Shown here: one piece after another, positions 11,148 through 21,715 of the stretch
Position numbering within the stretch: position 1 is the stretch's first letter
Layout of the letters: the number at the start of each line of letters is the position of its first letter
Origin: Longimicrobiales bacterium
Lineage (GTDB): Bacteria > Gemmatimonadota > Gemmatimonadetes > Longimicrobiales > Gaopeijiaceae
Assembly: GCA_965198065.1 (NCBI GenBank)
Contig: CBDAON010000004.1
Location: forward strand, 2,688,001-2,752,000
Direction of reading: 5' to 3'
DNA length: 64,000 nucleotides
Program-made: the position numbers and the translations under genes
Notes under the pieces: model-generated
Seen by the model: only the letters and a program-made list of their open reading frames with translations
Told to the model about the DNA's origin: nothing
The model's database searches: none

Positions 11148-11471
11148 CTGTAGAACTCCGGCCGCCCAGTCGAGACCGCCCTTGCCGGGGGAATGTTCGT
11201 CCAGCGGGTGGTCCGACCTCAGCCTGGCTACAACCGTCCGCCGGATCTCGCCAACCTGGTCCAGATCCCGCTTCTAGGCGGCATCGGAGATGTCATCGAA
11301 GAGGGCCTCTGACTTGATCCCCGGCAGGCGACCGAAAAACGCGAGTCCACCCGCCACCCCGAGGTGGAACATCCCCGACCGCCGGCGCAGGGCCACACCC
11401 GCCAGCGGGGCGACACGCGCTCACAGGCTCTCTCGACACCCGTGGCTGGTGCCTCTACGATAAGGCGGCAG

Positions 11472-12008
11472 ATGACCACCGCGCCCATGCACATGACGGC
11501 GAAGAGAACCCTTTATTTGGCGAACCCCTACGGCTTCTCCGCGCAACAGCGCGGCGGACCGTTACCCAAGCTTGTGGGGGCGCTGGAGTCGATGGGAGCT
11601 GACGTGTGGGAGCCGTTCGCCCGTAACAACCAGATCCACCGGGCGAGTGCGGGTTGGGCGTATCGGATCGGGCAGGCCGATCTGCGGGACGTGCGCGAGG
11701 CCGATGGACTGTTCGCCGTGGTCAACGGCTGTCCGCCGGATGAGGGCGTCATGGTGGAGCTTGGCCTAGCGATCGCGTGGGAGAAGCCGGTGTTCCTGTT
11801 CAGAGACGATTTTCGCCGATGCACCGACAGCGAGGTCTACCCGCTCAATCTGATGTTGTTCACCGGCCTGCCCGCGGTCGGCTGGGAAGCCGCGTGGTAC
11901 GGCTCGATCGAGGAGATCGCTGATCCCGGCAAGGCGCTCGCACGCTGGTTGCGGCATGACTGGCCGCCCGGCTCGGCGTCGGCCGAGGCGGATCCGATAG
12001 AAGTATGA
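11472..12008 (+). CDS. Nucleoside 2-deoxyribosyltransferase family protein
   Basis: YLANPYGFS, DLRDVREAD, PPDEGVMVELGLAIA and YPLNLML motifs. Confidence 0.88.
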   Translation: MTTAPMHMTAKRTLYLANPYGFSAQQRGGPLPKLVGALESMGADVWEPFARNNQIHRASAGWAYRIGQADLRDVREADGLFAVVNGCPPDEGVMVELGLAIAWEKPVFLFRDDFRRCTDSEVYPLNLMLFTGLPAVGWEAAWYGSIEEIADPGKALARWLRHDWPPGSASAEADPIEV

Positions 12009-12251
12009 GAGCGCTCACCGCCGGGCTGCCGCTCAGGAACTCTGCCGCGAGGGAATCTGAAACAGCTGCCGCACGGGGTCCCAAATCACCACGACGATGT
12101 GGCGGCGCGCTCATACCGCATAGCCGCCGACCACGACGCCGCCGACCACGACGCCGCCGAGGCGGGCGTCGCCGGGAGTGGCATGATTGCTCCCATGCAC
12201 TAGGCCGAGGGAGAGCGCGGCTCCGTCGAACACATGTTTCCACAGCAGGAT

Positions 12252-13434
12252 TGACGTGACACCCGGAAGCTGAGCCAGCTATTCTCTGACTCCTCGGAGT
12301 AAGTGAGGAGTCATGAGGAAGAGTAGGTTCACGGAAGAGCAGATCATCGGGATCCTACGGGAGGCGGAGGCGGGCGGAGCGACGAAAGAGGTATGCCGAC
12401 GCCACGGGATCAGCCACGACACGTTCTATCGGTGGAAGAAGAAGTACGGGGGCCTTGAGGTCAGTGACGCGAGGCGGTTGAAGGCACTTGAGGACGAGAA
12501 CCGACGGCTCAAGCGCATCGTGGCCGACCAGGCGCTGAACCTTCAGGTGCTGAAGGACCTGCTGGGAAACGAGTTGTGACGGCCGGGGAGCGGCGCCAGG
12601 TCGTCCGGAGGGTGCAAGCCGCCGAGAAGGCCTCGGAGCGTCGAGTGGTCCGTTGGACAGGCTTCCCGCGTTCAACGATCCGGTACCGAAGCGAGCGCCC
12701 AGCTCAGGAGGGGTTACGTGCGAGGATCCGGGAGCTCGCGGGCGAGCGGCCTCGCTGGGGCTACCGACGCATCCACGTGCTTCTGCGCCGCGAGGGATGG
12801 CTGGTGAACCGGAAGCGGATCCACCGGCTCTACCGCGAGGAAGGGCTCGCGGTGCGGCGAAAGGGTCGGAGACGACGGAGCCAGGTACCACGACCGGTGC
12901 GTGACCCACTCGGCCATCCGAACGAGCGGTGGAGCGTGGACTTCATCATGGACACGCTGAGTACGGGCCGAGTGTTCCGGTGCCTCGCGGTGATCGACGA
13001 GTTCAGCCGCGAGTGCCTGGCACTCCACGTCGCTCACTCGATCCCTGCGGCGAGCGTGATCGAGGTGCTCGAGAGACTTCGGGAGGAACGCGGCTTGCCG
13101 GAGCGCGTGATCTGCGACAACGGCTCCGAGTTCACGAGCCGTGCCTTCGACGCCTGGGCCTACTCCCGGGACCTCAAGATAGAATACATACAGCCGGGCA
13201 AGCCGATTCAGAACTGCTTCGTCGAGAGCTTCCTCGGGAGCTTCAGGGACGAGTGCCTGAACCTCCACTGGTTCCTCTCCCTACGGGATGCGAGGCACAC
13301 GATCGAACGCTGGAGGCAGGACTACAATCGCGTCCGACCCCACAGCGCCCTGGGCGATCTCCCACCTGCGGACTTCGCCCTCAACCACCACATGGAGTCA
13401 GGGAATAAACGGATCAACTAAGGGTGTCACGTCA
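12252..13434 (+). mobile_element. Intact IS3-family (IS407 group) element
   Basis: 13-bp IR TGACGTGACACCC, 4-bp target duplication GGAT (12248-12251, 13435-13438), orfA 12313-12579, orfB 12576-13421 with DDE motifs. Confidence 0.97.
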
Positions 13435-13441
13435 GGATGAC

Positions 13442-13951
13442 ATGCGATCTGCCGTGGTCACGTTTCTCCTTCTCCTTACACTGGCGGCGTGTTCCGAGGG
13501 CCCCTTTTCGCCCGTTACTGAGGCGGAGGAACAGGAAGTCAAGGTGGCCATCGCGGGCCGGTCCTTTCGCCAGTTCGATCCCTCGAAGGACGGGAGCCCC
13601 AGGAAGGGTGTGATCATCCATTTCTTCAGCGGTGTCGGCCTCTGGGCACAGTATTCCGAGGGCGGCCACGCTCTAGATGAATGGGAGATTGTCACCAGCG
13701 ACTATCGCATCGAACAGACTCGCGATGGTTCGATCATCAGGATCCATTTCACCTCGCCTCGCTCGGAACGCAACCTTCCGACCGCCTGCAGCGATTGTGT
13801 CGAATCATCGGGGTTCTCCATTTCTATCCGGGACGTGTTCGACGCCGGGAGGATCAGGTTCCGCGTGGACGACCCACAGGACAACTTGCCCTCCCCGTTC
13901 CCGGTATTCGGATCCTGGACCAGCTTCGAGGAAGACATCTACTACGACTGA
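13442..13951 (+). CDS. Hypothetical lipoprotein
   Basis: Hydrophobic signal with LAAC lipobox. Confidence 0.7.
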   Translation: MRSAVVTFLLLLTLAACSEGPFSPVTEAEEQEVKVAIAGRSFRQFDPSKDGSPRKGVIIHFFSGVGLWAQYSEGGHALDEWEIVTSDYRIEQTRDGSIIRIHFTSPRSERNLPTACSDCVESSGFSISIRDVFDAGRIRFRVDDPQDNLPSPFPVFGSWTSFEEDIYYD

Positions 13952-14103
13952 CTCGCATTGGCGGCCAAATCGAAGGACTGCCCGATCCAGCCATGGAGTC
14001 GCCCCGGATTTTCTGGAGTGTTCGTGCACAAGGCACTGTTGGCTGAAGGCTTAACGTCCGGCCGTGGACGGTCCGTCCGTCCGGCTGCGACCGAGGCGGT
14101 GGT

Positions 14104-14708
14104 GACGCGTGTGCGGACGGCGCTCGAGGCCTCGCGTGGCTACGTGTTCGGCCATGGGATCGCGCTGCAGCCGAGCCTGGAGCTCGGGCTCAGGCGCGGA
14201 CGTCGCCGGGAGCCTGATCGCAGCGGACCCGCTGACCGGCCTGTCGGTCGACGTGCGGGTGCGGACGCTGCTCGTGCATCAGGACGAAGGGTTCAGGGAA
14301 CGGGGCGTGTCGCTGTCGTTCAGCTACGACCCGACGCCACAGACGCCGCTGGGGCTGACGGCGCGGGTCGCGCCCTCGTGGGGCGGTCAGGCGATGAGCG
14401 GTGCCGACGCGCTCTGGGGCCGGGAGACGATGGCGGGGCTCGGGGAAGCAGGCCCGGGATCGGGCAACCGCCTCGATGCCGAGCTCGGCTACGCGCTGCC
14501 GGTCGGGAGCCGCCTGGTGGGGACGCCGAGGTTCGGAGTCACGACCTCCGAGATGGGCCGCGACTACCGGCTGGGCTACAGCCTCGCTGTGGTGCAGGGC
14601 GGCGCCATGAGCTTCCAGTTGGGCCTCGACGCCCAGCGCCGCGAAAGCCTGCTGGGCCAGGAAGACGCCGCCCATAGCCTGCTGGGCCGAATCACCGCGA
14701 CCTGGTAG
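14104..14708 (+). pseudogene. Autotransporter-like beta-barrel C-terminal fragment
   Basis: RVRTALEASR..PSLELGLR, RLDAELGY, RDYRLGY, terminal W; N-terminus missing and internal deletion near 14195. Confidence 0.7.
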
Positions 14709-14990
14709 ACGTGGGCGGCTCGGTACTGTCCCCGGCGCACCGGGTGTCTTTCTAGCGTCGTACTCCGGGCGATGGCCATCGCGCGTGCGGTAGGGTCTTG
14801 GTCCCCCGGAACTGGCCACCCTGCTGATATCGATGTCATGCACCGCGGTGTAGCCCCTCGCCGCGATCCGCCGGCCGGCCTTCGACTCACTTAGCACCAC
14901 CACCCTCCGAGGCGGCATCCGGTCGCGCTCGGCCACGCGCCGCAGTGCATAAGCGGGTCCTCATATGCCGGGTCTCGACCGGTAACTGCC

Positions 14991-15215
14991 ATGGAGACGC
15001 TGACGAAGCAGTTCGAATCTCGAGTGACCGGGTTTCTCGAGCGCACGGGACTGAAGCCGTCGATGTTCGGTCTGCGGGCGGCGGGCGATCCGAACCTGAT
15101 GCGGCAGCTACACCTGGGCCGCCCACGCTCAAGCTGGCCGACCGGGTTCTGGCCTTCATGGACGCCCACGACCAGGGCCATGAGGATCGCGTTTCATCCC
15201 GGAGCCGCCCGCTAG
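14991..15215 (+). pseudogene. Cro/XRE-like small regulator, frameshifted
   Basis: FLERTGLKPSMFGLRAAGDPNLMRQL continuing in another frame as PTLKLADRVLAFM. Confidence 0.6.
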
Positions 15216-15477
15216 GAAATGCTTCCTTGAGAGGCAGGAGAGACAGAGCGGTGGCCAGGGCGATGGAACAGGGAATGGACGTGCCCGTCCACCTCGCCCC
15301 TCCGGCAAGCTTCGCTCCTTCGCCTCCTCCGGGAACCTCCGCTACGGTCCACTGGATTCCCGTTCAGAAAGAGGGGTGTAATGATGGGATAGTAGCCAGG
15401 TCATAATCTCTATCTCTATTATTAACAATGCTTTATAATTATCTCGGCACGGCTGGTGGAACCGGAGCCGTTTCTAC

Positions 15478-15880
15478 GTGAGCTCGCCGGGCCGCGAGGC
15501 GGCGATCGCCCTAGAGGAACTGGGTACCCAAGTGCTGGATCCGCTTATCGACCGGCTCCAAGGGCGAGACCCGGTCGGTCGTGAGAATGCCGCGTTCGCT
15601 CTGGGCCTCATCGAGAGTTCCCAGGCCCTCGAAGCACTCAGCGACGCCGTGCGTCAGGACGTAACGGCCCTGGTCCGAGCCCGGGCCGCATGGGCTATCG
15701 GTATGATCGAGGATCCCGCCGCTGCGGAGGCCCTAATGGAGGCTGTAGAGGACGAAGATCCGACGGTCTGGGGGTAGGCGATAAGGGCGCTGGGCATGCT
15801 CGTGCGACGGAGCGGCTTCGAGGGCATCGACCGCGGCGAGCTGGCCGATGCCGTCAGGCGGGCAATCCGGCGCGACCTGT
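15478..15880 (+). pseudogene. HEAT-repeat protein fragment
   Basis: RENAAFALGLI, VRARAAWAIGMI and VWG*AIRALG repeats; in-frame TAG 15775-15777. Confidence 0.75.
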
Positions 15881-15956
15881 AACAGGCTCACTGGGTAGAC
15901 TCGGGGAAAAGGACGGGGATGACGGAAATGATGAAGATGACGGGACTTTTGGAACG

Positions 15957-16447
15957 ATGCGCGATTCGCGGGCTGCTGAGGTTCTGACTATCGAGCCTGA
16001 CACTGCCTCTCTGGTGGCCCGGGCCCGGAACGGGGACGTGTCGGCCTTCGAGGCCGTGTATCGCCTGCACTGCCAGCGCGTCTTCACGGTGTGCGTGCAG
16101 CTGACGGCCGATCGGGGCGAGGCGGAGGAGCTGGCGCAGGATGCCTGGGTCCGGGCTTGGAAGCGGATCGATTCGTTTCGGGGCGACGCGACATTCGGCA
16201 CATGGATGCATCGGCTGACCGTGAACCTCGTCCTGGATCGAAAGCGACGAGAGACGCCCGTTGGCGCGGGCGTATGGTCTCGATGGACTGCGACGGCGCC
16301 CAGGTGGGGCGGGCCCCTGAGATCAAGTCCCGGCTAGATCACATGGAGAGCCAGATGGCGCAGATGCAGGCTACCCTGGATCATTTAGCGGATACGCGTG
16401 CATTCGACCGCCAGCTCTCGACAGGGTCTGACGTGGAGGGGAGCTGA
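15957..16447 (+). pseudogene. ECF sigma factor, region 2 only, joined to the tail of a downstream gene
   Basis: AFEAVYRLH..AEELAQDAWVRAW..FRGDATFGTWMHRL; region 4 absent. Confidence 0.8.
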
Positions 16448-16636
16448 CCGAACTGGCGGTGAAGCTGAGGAGGGCGGGGAAGTGCGTGCCAAGCGAACGA
16501 CGGGAACGTCGCACCGCACGGCCAGCTTCCGCGGTCTCGTAGTGCCTCCTGAAGCCGCGCCTCGACTCTTGCTCTAGTGCCTCCGAGTCAGCACCTTCGT
16601 CGCCGTGGGTGATCCCCTCCCGAGCCGGGAGTCTGC

Positions 16637-18001
16637 GTGAGCCAACCGCTCAAGGGTGCCTCGCCAGGCCGGTCTGCCCCCCCGGATTCCGCGCCCGTTC
16701 CGGTCCGACGAATCACACGCCGCGCCGTCGCCAGTTGGGTACTCTACGACCTGGCGAACACCATTTTTTCGATGGGCGTGGTTTCGCTGTACTTCTCACT
16801 CTATGTGCGTGACAACGTTGGAGCGGATCGGGCAGACACGATCTACGGGATCATCACGGCGATCTCGATGGCGGTGATCTTTGTCGTCTCTCCGCTGCTC
16901 GGGGCCATGACCGACCGGGCCCGTCGCCGGATGCCCTTCCTCGTGACAAGCACGATCATTTGTGTCACGCTGACCGCGCTGCTCGCGCGTGCCGGGTTCA
17001 TGGCCACCGCGATCGTGTTCGGTTTCGCGAACGTCGCCTACCAGGCCGGCCTGCAGTTTTATGACGCGCTCCTTCCGGAGGTCAGCACTCCGGAAAACCG
17101 GGGCCGTATTGGAGGCATCGGCATAGGCGTAGGATACCTCGGGGCGTACCTCGCGGTCGGGATCGGCCTCCTTCTCGGGACTGAGGACAAAGCGCGGATC
17201 TTCGGGATGATTGCGCTCGCCTTTCTCCTCTTCGCCCTTCCTTGTTTCTTCTTCGTCGGGGAGCGCGGCAATCCCAGTCCGAGACCCATCGACCTGCGCA
17301 TGGCGATCGCGTCCACGCGCGAGACCATTCGGACGCTCCGCTCGAGCCAGGAATTCCCTGGGCTGCTCCGATTCCTCATCGGCCGCGTATTCTACACGGA
17401 CGCGATCAACACCGTGATCTCGATCATGGCGCTCTACACCGTGAACGTGGCGGTGTCCGCGGGCCTCTCGGAGAGGGAGAGCCAGCAACAGGCCCAGCTC
17501 ATTCTAATGGGCGCCATCACGTTCGCGGTCATCGGCGGGTTCGTGTGGGGATGGCTCACGGACCGCTGGGGGCCGAAACGCACGCTCACATTCGTGCTCC
17601 GCGCGTGGATGATGACGTTCATACTCGCCGCATGCGTCGGCATCGTCGGCCTGCCTCTTTGGACGCTCTTTGTCGTGGCGGCATCGGCCGGTTTCTCGCT
17701 CGGCGGGGTCTGGGCGGCGGACCGGCCCTACATGCTGCGCCTTACACCGCCAGCACGTGTCGGCGAATTCTACGGACTGTACGGAATGGTTGGCCGCTTC
17801 TCCGCGATCACCGGGCCCGGTATCTGGGCCGCCGTGACGTATGTGACCGTGCAGCAGATCGGACTCCTGCCGCGCGTCGGCCAGGGTATTGGGATTCTGG
17901 TTCTCCTCGTGTTGATCGTCGTGAGTTACGTCATCCTCGGGAAGGTGTCCGATGAGCCACGGTCCTGGTCCGCAAGCGATCTGCACCCTGGTGGGCAGTG
18001 A
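16637..18001 (+). CDS. MFS transporter (UMF1/ATG22-like)
   Basis: WVLYDLANT motif, about 12 hydrophobic segments. Confidence 0.9.
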   Translation: MSQPLKGASPGRSAPPDSAPVPVRRITRRAVASWVLYDLANTIFSMGVVSLYFSLYVRDNVGADRADTIYGIITAISMAVIFVVSPLLGAMTDRARRRMPFLVTSTIICVTLTALLARAGFMATAIVFGFANVAYQAGLQFYDALLPEVSTPENRGRIGGIGIGVGYLGAYLAVGIGLLLGTEDKARIFGMIALAFLLFALPCFFFVGERGNPSPRPIDLRMAIASTRETIRTLRSSQEFPGLLRFLIGRVFYTDAINTVISIMALYTVNVAVSAGLSERESQQQAQLILMGAITFAVIGGFVWGWLTDRWGPKRTLTFVLRAWMMTFILAACVGIVGLPLWTLFVVAASAGFSLGGVWAADRPYMLRLTPPARVGEFYGLYGMVGRFSAITGPGIWAAVTYVTVQQIGLLPRVGQGIGILVLLVLIVVSYVILGKVSDEPRSWSASDLHPGGQ

Positions 18002-18022
18002 TTGGCATGACTGCGGGGAGGT

Positions 18023-19384
18023 GTGGTCGAGAGCGTTAGCGTGATGTACCTTTTGCCGCTTTTCTCCCTCCTGGGGCAGCTTGCAGTCCGGATCTTCTAC
18101 CGCCTCCGGATCGTGGGCGACGTGGTGCCTCGAGAGGGTCCGGCGCTGCTCGTCGCCAATCATCCCAACTCACTGATAGACCCGGTGCTCGTGATTGGCG
18201 CCGCTGGACGGCGCGTACGGTTCCTGGCGAAGGCACCGCTCTTCAGCGATAAGATGGTGGGCTGGCTCGTGCGCGGGTCGGGAGCGGTCCCCGTGTATCG
18301 GAAGGTGGACGATCCCGAGCACATGGAGCGAAACGTAGAGATGTTCAGCGCGGTTCACGCCGCGCTCGAGGAGGGTGACGCGGTCGGGATCTTCCCGGAG
18401 GGGGTGAGCCACAGCGAGCCGGCGCTCGTTCCGTTCAAGACCGGAACCGCGCGGATCGCGCTCGGGGCGGCCCCCCGCCTGGGGGGCGCCTTTCCCATCG
18501 TTCCCGTTGGCCTCGTGTTCCGGGCGAAGCACGTCTTTCGGTCGAGCGCGCTGATCGTGGTCGGCAGTCCGATCGAGTGGAGCGAGCTGGCCGCGCGAGC
18601 AGACGAAGATCGCGGAAGCGGAGTGCCCGATCCGGAGCTGGTGGACGAGCTCACGCAACGGATCCGATCTGCCCTTCGCCGTGTGACCATCAACCTCGAA
18701 GACTGGGCGGATGCGCCGGTCGTCGAATCCGCGTTGGACGTGTGGGAGACGGAGTTCGGAGCGTCGCGCGGAGTGGGGCGGGTTACGCGGATGGGGGTGA
18801 CGGCCGCGCTGCTCCGTCGGCTGCGAATGGATCGGGCCCCGGAGGTAGAAACGCTGGTTTCGGAGCTCGTCGCCCACGCCCGGCGTCTCGGGCGACTGCA
18901 CCTTAGGCCGCAGGATCTCGAGCGTGACACGGGGGCCCCGGCCGCAATTCGCTGGAGCGCGCGGCGCCTCGTGTTCGTCTCAGTGCCCTTGATCGTGACG
19001 GCGCTGGCGGGCTTCGTTCTCTTCTGGATTCCGTATCAGTTCACAGGCAGGGTCGCGGAGCGGAGGCGCCCGGACCCGGACCGGGTCTCGACGCACAAGC
19101 TTCTCGCGGGGATCGTCGTGTACGGGACCTGGATCGTTCTCTTGGCCGCGGTGGGGGGCTTCGTCCACCCGTTGGTGGGCTTCGCCATCATCGTGCTCGC
19201 GCCGGTGATCGGGTTCGTGGGTCTCCAGGTTCGGGAGCAGTGGCGCGGCGCATGGGCCGACGTACGGAGCTTCCTCCTCCTACGCTCGCGGCGGCGCCTG
19301 GTCGCCACCCTCTCGGAGCGACAGCGGGATCTGGCCCGGCGCCTCGACGGAGTGTACCGAGCCCACGGTGTGACCCCCTCGTAG
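18023..19384 (+). CDS. Glycerol-phosphate/lysophospholipid acyltransferase (PlsC family)
   Basis: NHPNSLID and IFPEG motifs, C-terminal TM segments. Confidence 0.9.
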   Translation: MVESVSVMYLLPLFSLLGQLAVRIFYRLRIVGDVVPREGPALLVANHPNSLIDPVLVIGAAGRRVRFLAKAPLFSDKMVGWLVRGSGAVPVYRKVDDPEHMERNVEMFSAVHAALEEGDAVGIFPEGVSHSEPALVPFKTGTARIALGAAPRLGGAFPIVPVGLVFRAKHVFRSSALIVVGSPIEWSELAARADEDRGSGVPDPELVDELTQRIRSALRRVTINLEDWADAPVVESALDVWETEFGASRGVGRVTRMGVTAALLRRLRMDRAPEVETLVSELVAHARRLGRLHLRPQDLERDTGAPAAIRWSARRLVFVSVPLIVTALAGFVLFWIPYQFTGRVAERRRPDPDRVSTHKLLAGIVVYGTWIVLLAAVGGFVHPLVGFAIIVLAPVIGFVGLQVREQWRGAWADVRSFLLLRSRRRLVATLSERQRDLARRLDGVYRAHGVTPS

Positions 19385-19499
19385 AAGAGGAGTCCCGCAG
19401 CGCAGGTCGTCAGTGCCCGAAGCATCCCGTCAGCGTGGCCGTGCCCAGCACATGTCCTGCCATCACAGCGGTGAGGGCGGCGTGATCGCTCTCCGCGGA

Positions 19500-19738
19500 T
19501 TGTGCCGTAACCCTCGGGTACGGAGTGGTAAGGATGGCACAGGGGCAGGGAAGAGGACCCGAGAGTTTGGCTCAACCGTACCATACTAGTACACAATAGT
19601 ACCACGTCGCTAGTACGGCGTTGACGGACTGCAAATCCTCTATCCCCGGTTCGAATCCGGGCGGCGCCTCTAGGGTCAAACAGCAGATACCGGAAAGACT
19701 TACGTAAATAGCGGAGGAGCCCAACAGGCCCTCCGCTA
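19500..19738 (+). other. att-like junction A1 containing tRNA-Cys 3' half (19626-19669)
   Basis: GGACTGCAAATCCTCTATCCCCGGTTCGAATCCGGGCGGCGCCT (anticodon GCA, T arm, 3' acceptor) without the 5' half; flanks homologous to 25225-25484. Confidence 0.88.
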
Positions 19739-19996
19739 TGGCCCTCGCTGGCGGGAGGGCGATCTCCGAGCGATCATCCGGCCTATCAGCAACGCGAGCC
19801 CGACCACGCACAACCATCCAAAGATGTCACCGATCTGGGCGTATATGGTGCGACGCCTCCGTACAGGAACCTGGGATATCATGATCCGCTCAGGGGTCGT
19901 GAAGTGGTCCATGGCAGCCGAGACGTTGCCCTGATAGTCGGTGGCGAGCGACAGGCCATCGTTGGCTTGGCGGACCATTGAAAAGCTGTTTTCGAT
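19736..19996 (-). pseudogene. Apolipoprotein N-acyltransferase/nitrilase-like C-terminal fragment
   Basis: ENSFSMVRQANDGLSLATDYQG..TIYAQIGDIFGWLC. Confidence 0.65.
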
Positions 19997-20187
19997 AGAG
20001 CGGTAGAATGACAGATAGCATTACGGTAGTACGAGACTCTTGCGGGACTTCGCCCGGGGCCTCTAATTGATAGATACATGGAGTAGTGTATGGTCCGCCT
20101 GGGCGCGGAGGTGTGCCCCTGGCGGGAAGCTCGGTTGCTCGGCTCTATTTTGTGGGACTACAGGTACCTAAAGAGGAGGCGCAGCTC

Positions 20188-21543
20188 ATGGAAGGGACGC
20201 GCTTGCACCGGTGGATCCTGGCGGGGGCCCTGGCCCTCGTGGCGACCGTCGTGCTCGGAGGTACTATCTCCGCGCAGACGACCGATCGGCAGATCACCTT
20301 TGCCGACGATGTCGCGGCGATCATCCAGGAGAACTGTCAGATCTGCCACCAGCCGGGTGGGATCGCCCCCATGGCGCTCAGGAGCTATGAGGAGATCCGG
20401 CCCTGGGCCCCGCTGATCCGCGAGAAGGTCGCAGCGAGTGAGATGCCACCCTACGCGTATGATAGGGACATCGGCATTCAGGAGTTGAGGGAAGACTGGC
20501 GGCTCTCGCTGGACGAGATCGCCACGATCGTGTCGTGGGTGGATCAGGGTGCCGCGCTGGGAAACGTGGCGAACCTGCCTCCTCCGATCCAGCTTCCGAA
20601 TCCGGACGAGTGGAGGATGGCGGAGGCGTTCGGGCCTCCGGATCTCGTGGTCGGCACGCCGGGGATCACGGTTCCCGGGCAGGGGACCGACATGTTCTTC
20701 GGGCCGATCATGCGGACCGACCTCGCGGAGGAGCGCTGCATCAAGGCGCTGCAGGTGAAGCCCGGGGTCGGCAACGCGAAGTCGGTCGTCCACCACGCCA
20801 ATTCGTCGTTCCAGCTCCTTCAGGAAGACGGGACGTACGAGCGGGCGGGCCGCTCGACCGAGTACGCGATGGGCAAGTTCGGGGAGATCATCCCCGAGGG
20901 AACGTGTCGGACGATCCCTGCGGACGCGTGGGTGCAGTGGGACATCCACCTGTTCCCCGGTGGCGTCGGTGGGGCCGCCTCGGGCGAGGAGATTTCGGGC
21001 GACATCGTGGAGCTCGGCATCTGGCTGCATCCCGAGGGCTACGAGTGGGAGTACGAGCAGAGTCTGTCCAGCTACGGAATCGACGAGACCGAGCTGGTCA
21101 TCCCGCCCCACGGGACGCACATGGCGGTGGGCTACCACTCGTTCGACCACCCTGTGCGGATCGACCAGTTCCAGCCGCACGGACACTTGAGGCTGCGCCA
21201 CGCGTCGCTCGAGATCTTCTATCCGGAGACCGGACGGACGGAAGTGGTCAGCATGATCACGAACTGGAGCGCGACCTGGCACCACAGCCACATCTACGAA
21301 GATGACGTGGCTCCGCTCGTTCCGGCGGGCGCGGTTCTGATCCTCAAGCAGTGGTATGACAACACGGCCGACAGTCCGAACAACCCCGACCCGGATATGT
21401 GGGTCCTCGGGGGGGGCCGGACGGCGGACGAGATGGACCACGCGTGGATCGGGATCACGCACCTCGACCAGGAAGGCTATGAGCGCCTCCTGGCGGAGAG
21501 GGAAGGGCAGCAGCAGCAGGTGGCTCAGGCGGCGGGCAACTGA
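20188..21543 (+). CDS. Secreted cytochrome c / copper type II monooxygenase (PHM-like) domain protein
   Basis: Signal peptide, CQICH heme motif, VVHHA, PHGH and DEM putative Cu ligands. Confidence 0.75.
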   Translation: MEGTRLHRWILAGALALVATVVLGGTISAQTTDRQITFADDVAAIIQENCQICHQPGGIAPMALRSYEEIRPWAPLIREKVAASEMPPYAYDRDIGIQELREDWRLSLDEIATIVSWVDQGAALGNVANLPPPIQLPNPDEWRMAEAFGPPDLVVGTPGITVPGQGTDMFFGPIMRTDLAEERCIKALQVKPGVGNAKSVVHHANSSFQLLQEDGTYERAGRSTEYAMGKFGEIIPEGTCRTIPADAWVQWDIHLFPGGVGGAASGEEISGDIVELGIWLHPEGYEWEYEQSLSSYGIDETELVIPPHGTHMAVGYHSFDHPVRIDQFQPHGHLRLRHASLEIFYPETGRTEVVSMITNWSATWHHSHIYEDDVAPLVPAGAVLILKQWYDNTADSPNNPDPDMWVLGGGRTADEMDHAWIGITHLDQEGYERLLAEREGQQQQVAQAAGN

Positions 21544-21715
21544 CGCGGGCACCGCTTGCCCTGCCCGAGCTAGCGGGTGAGATGGGGGTCGAAGGAGCCA
21601 CCTGAGCTGTCGGGTCCTTCGATCCCCATTTGTTTGGGGTCGATGGCAGGCGGTCGCGGCGAGCCGAAGGTGTCCCCTTGGTGGCGGTCGCACGGGTACT
21701 TTGAAAGGAGTGAAC

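Noticed and set aside
12124..12160. 15-bp tandem repeat CCGCCGACCACGACG
   Set aside because: About two and a half copies in GC-rich DNA; most likely slippage.
19626..19669. Complete tRNA-Cys gene (also at 25372 and 37389)
   Set aside because: The 5' acceptor strand and D arm are absent. The upstream GTGGTAAGG is about 90 nt away and not conserved in A2, so a split or intron-containing tRNA is unsupported.
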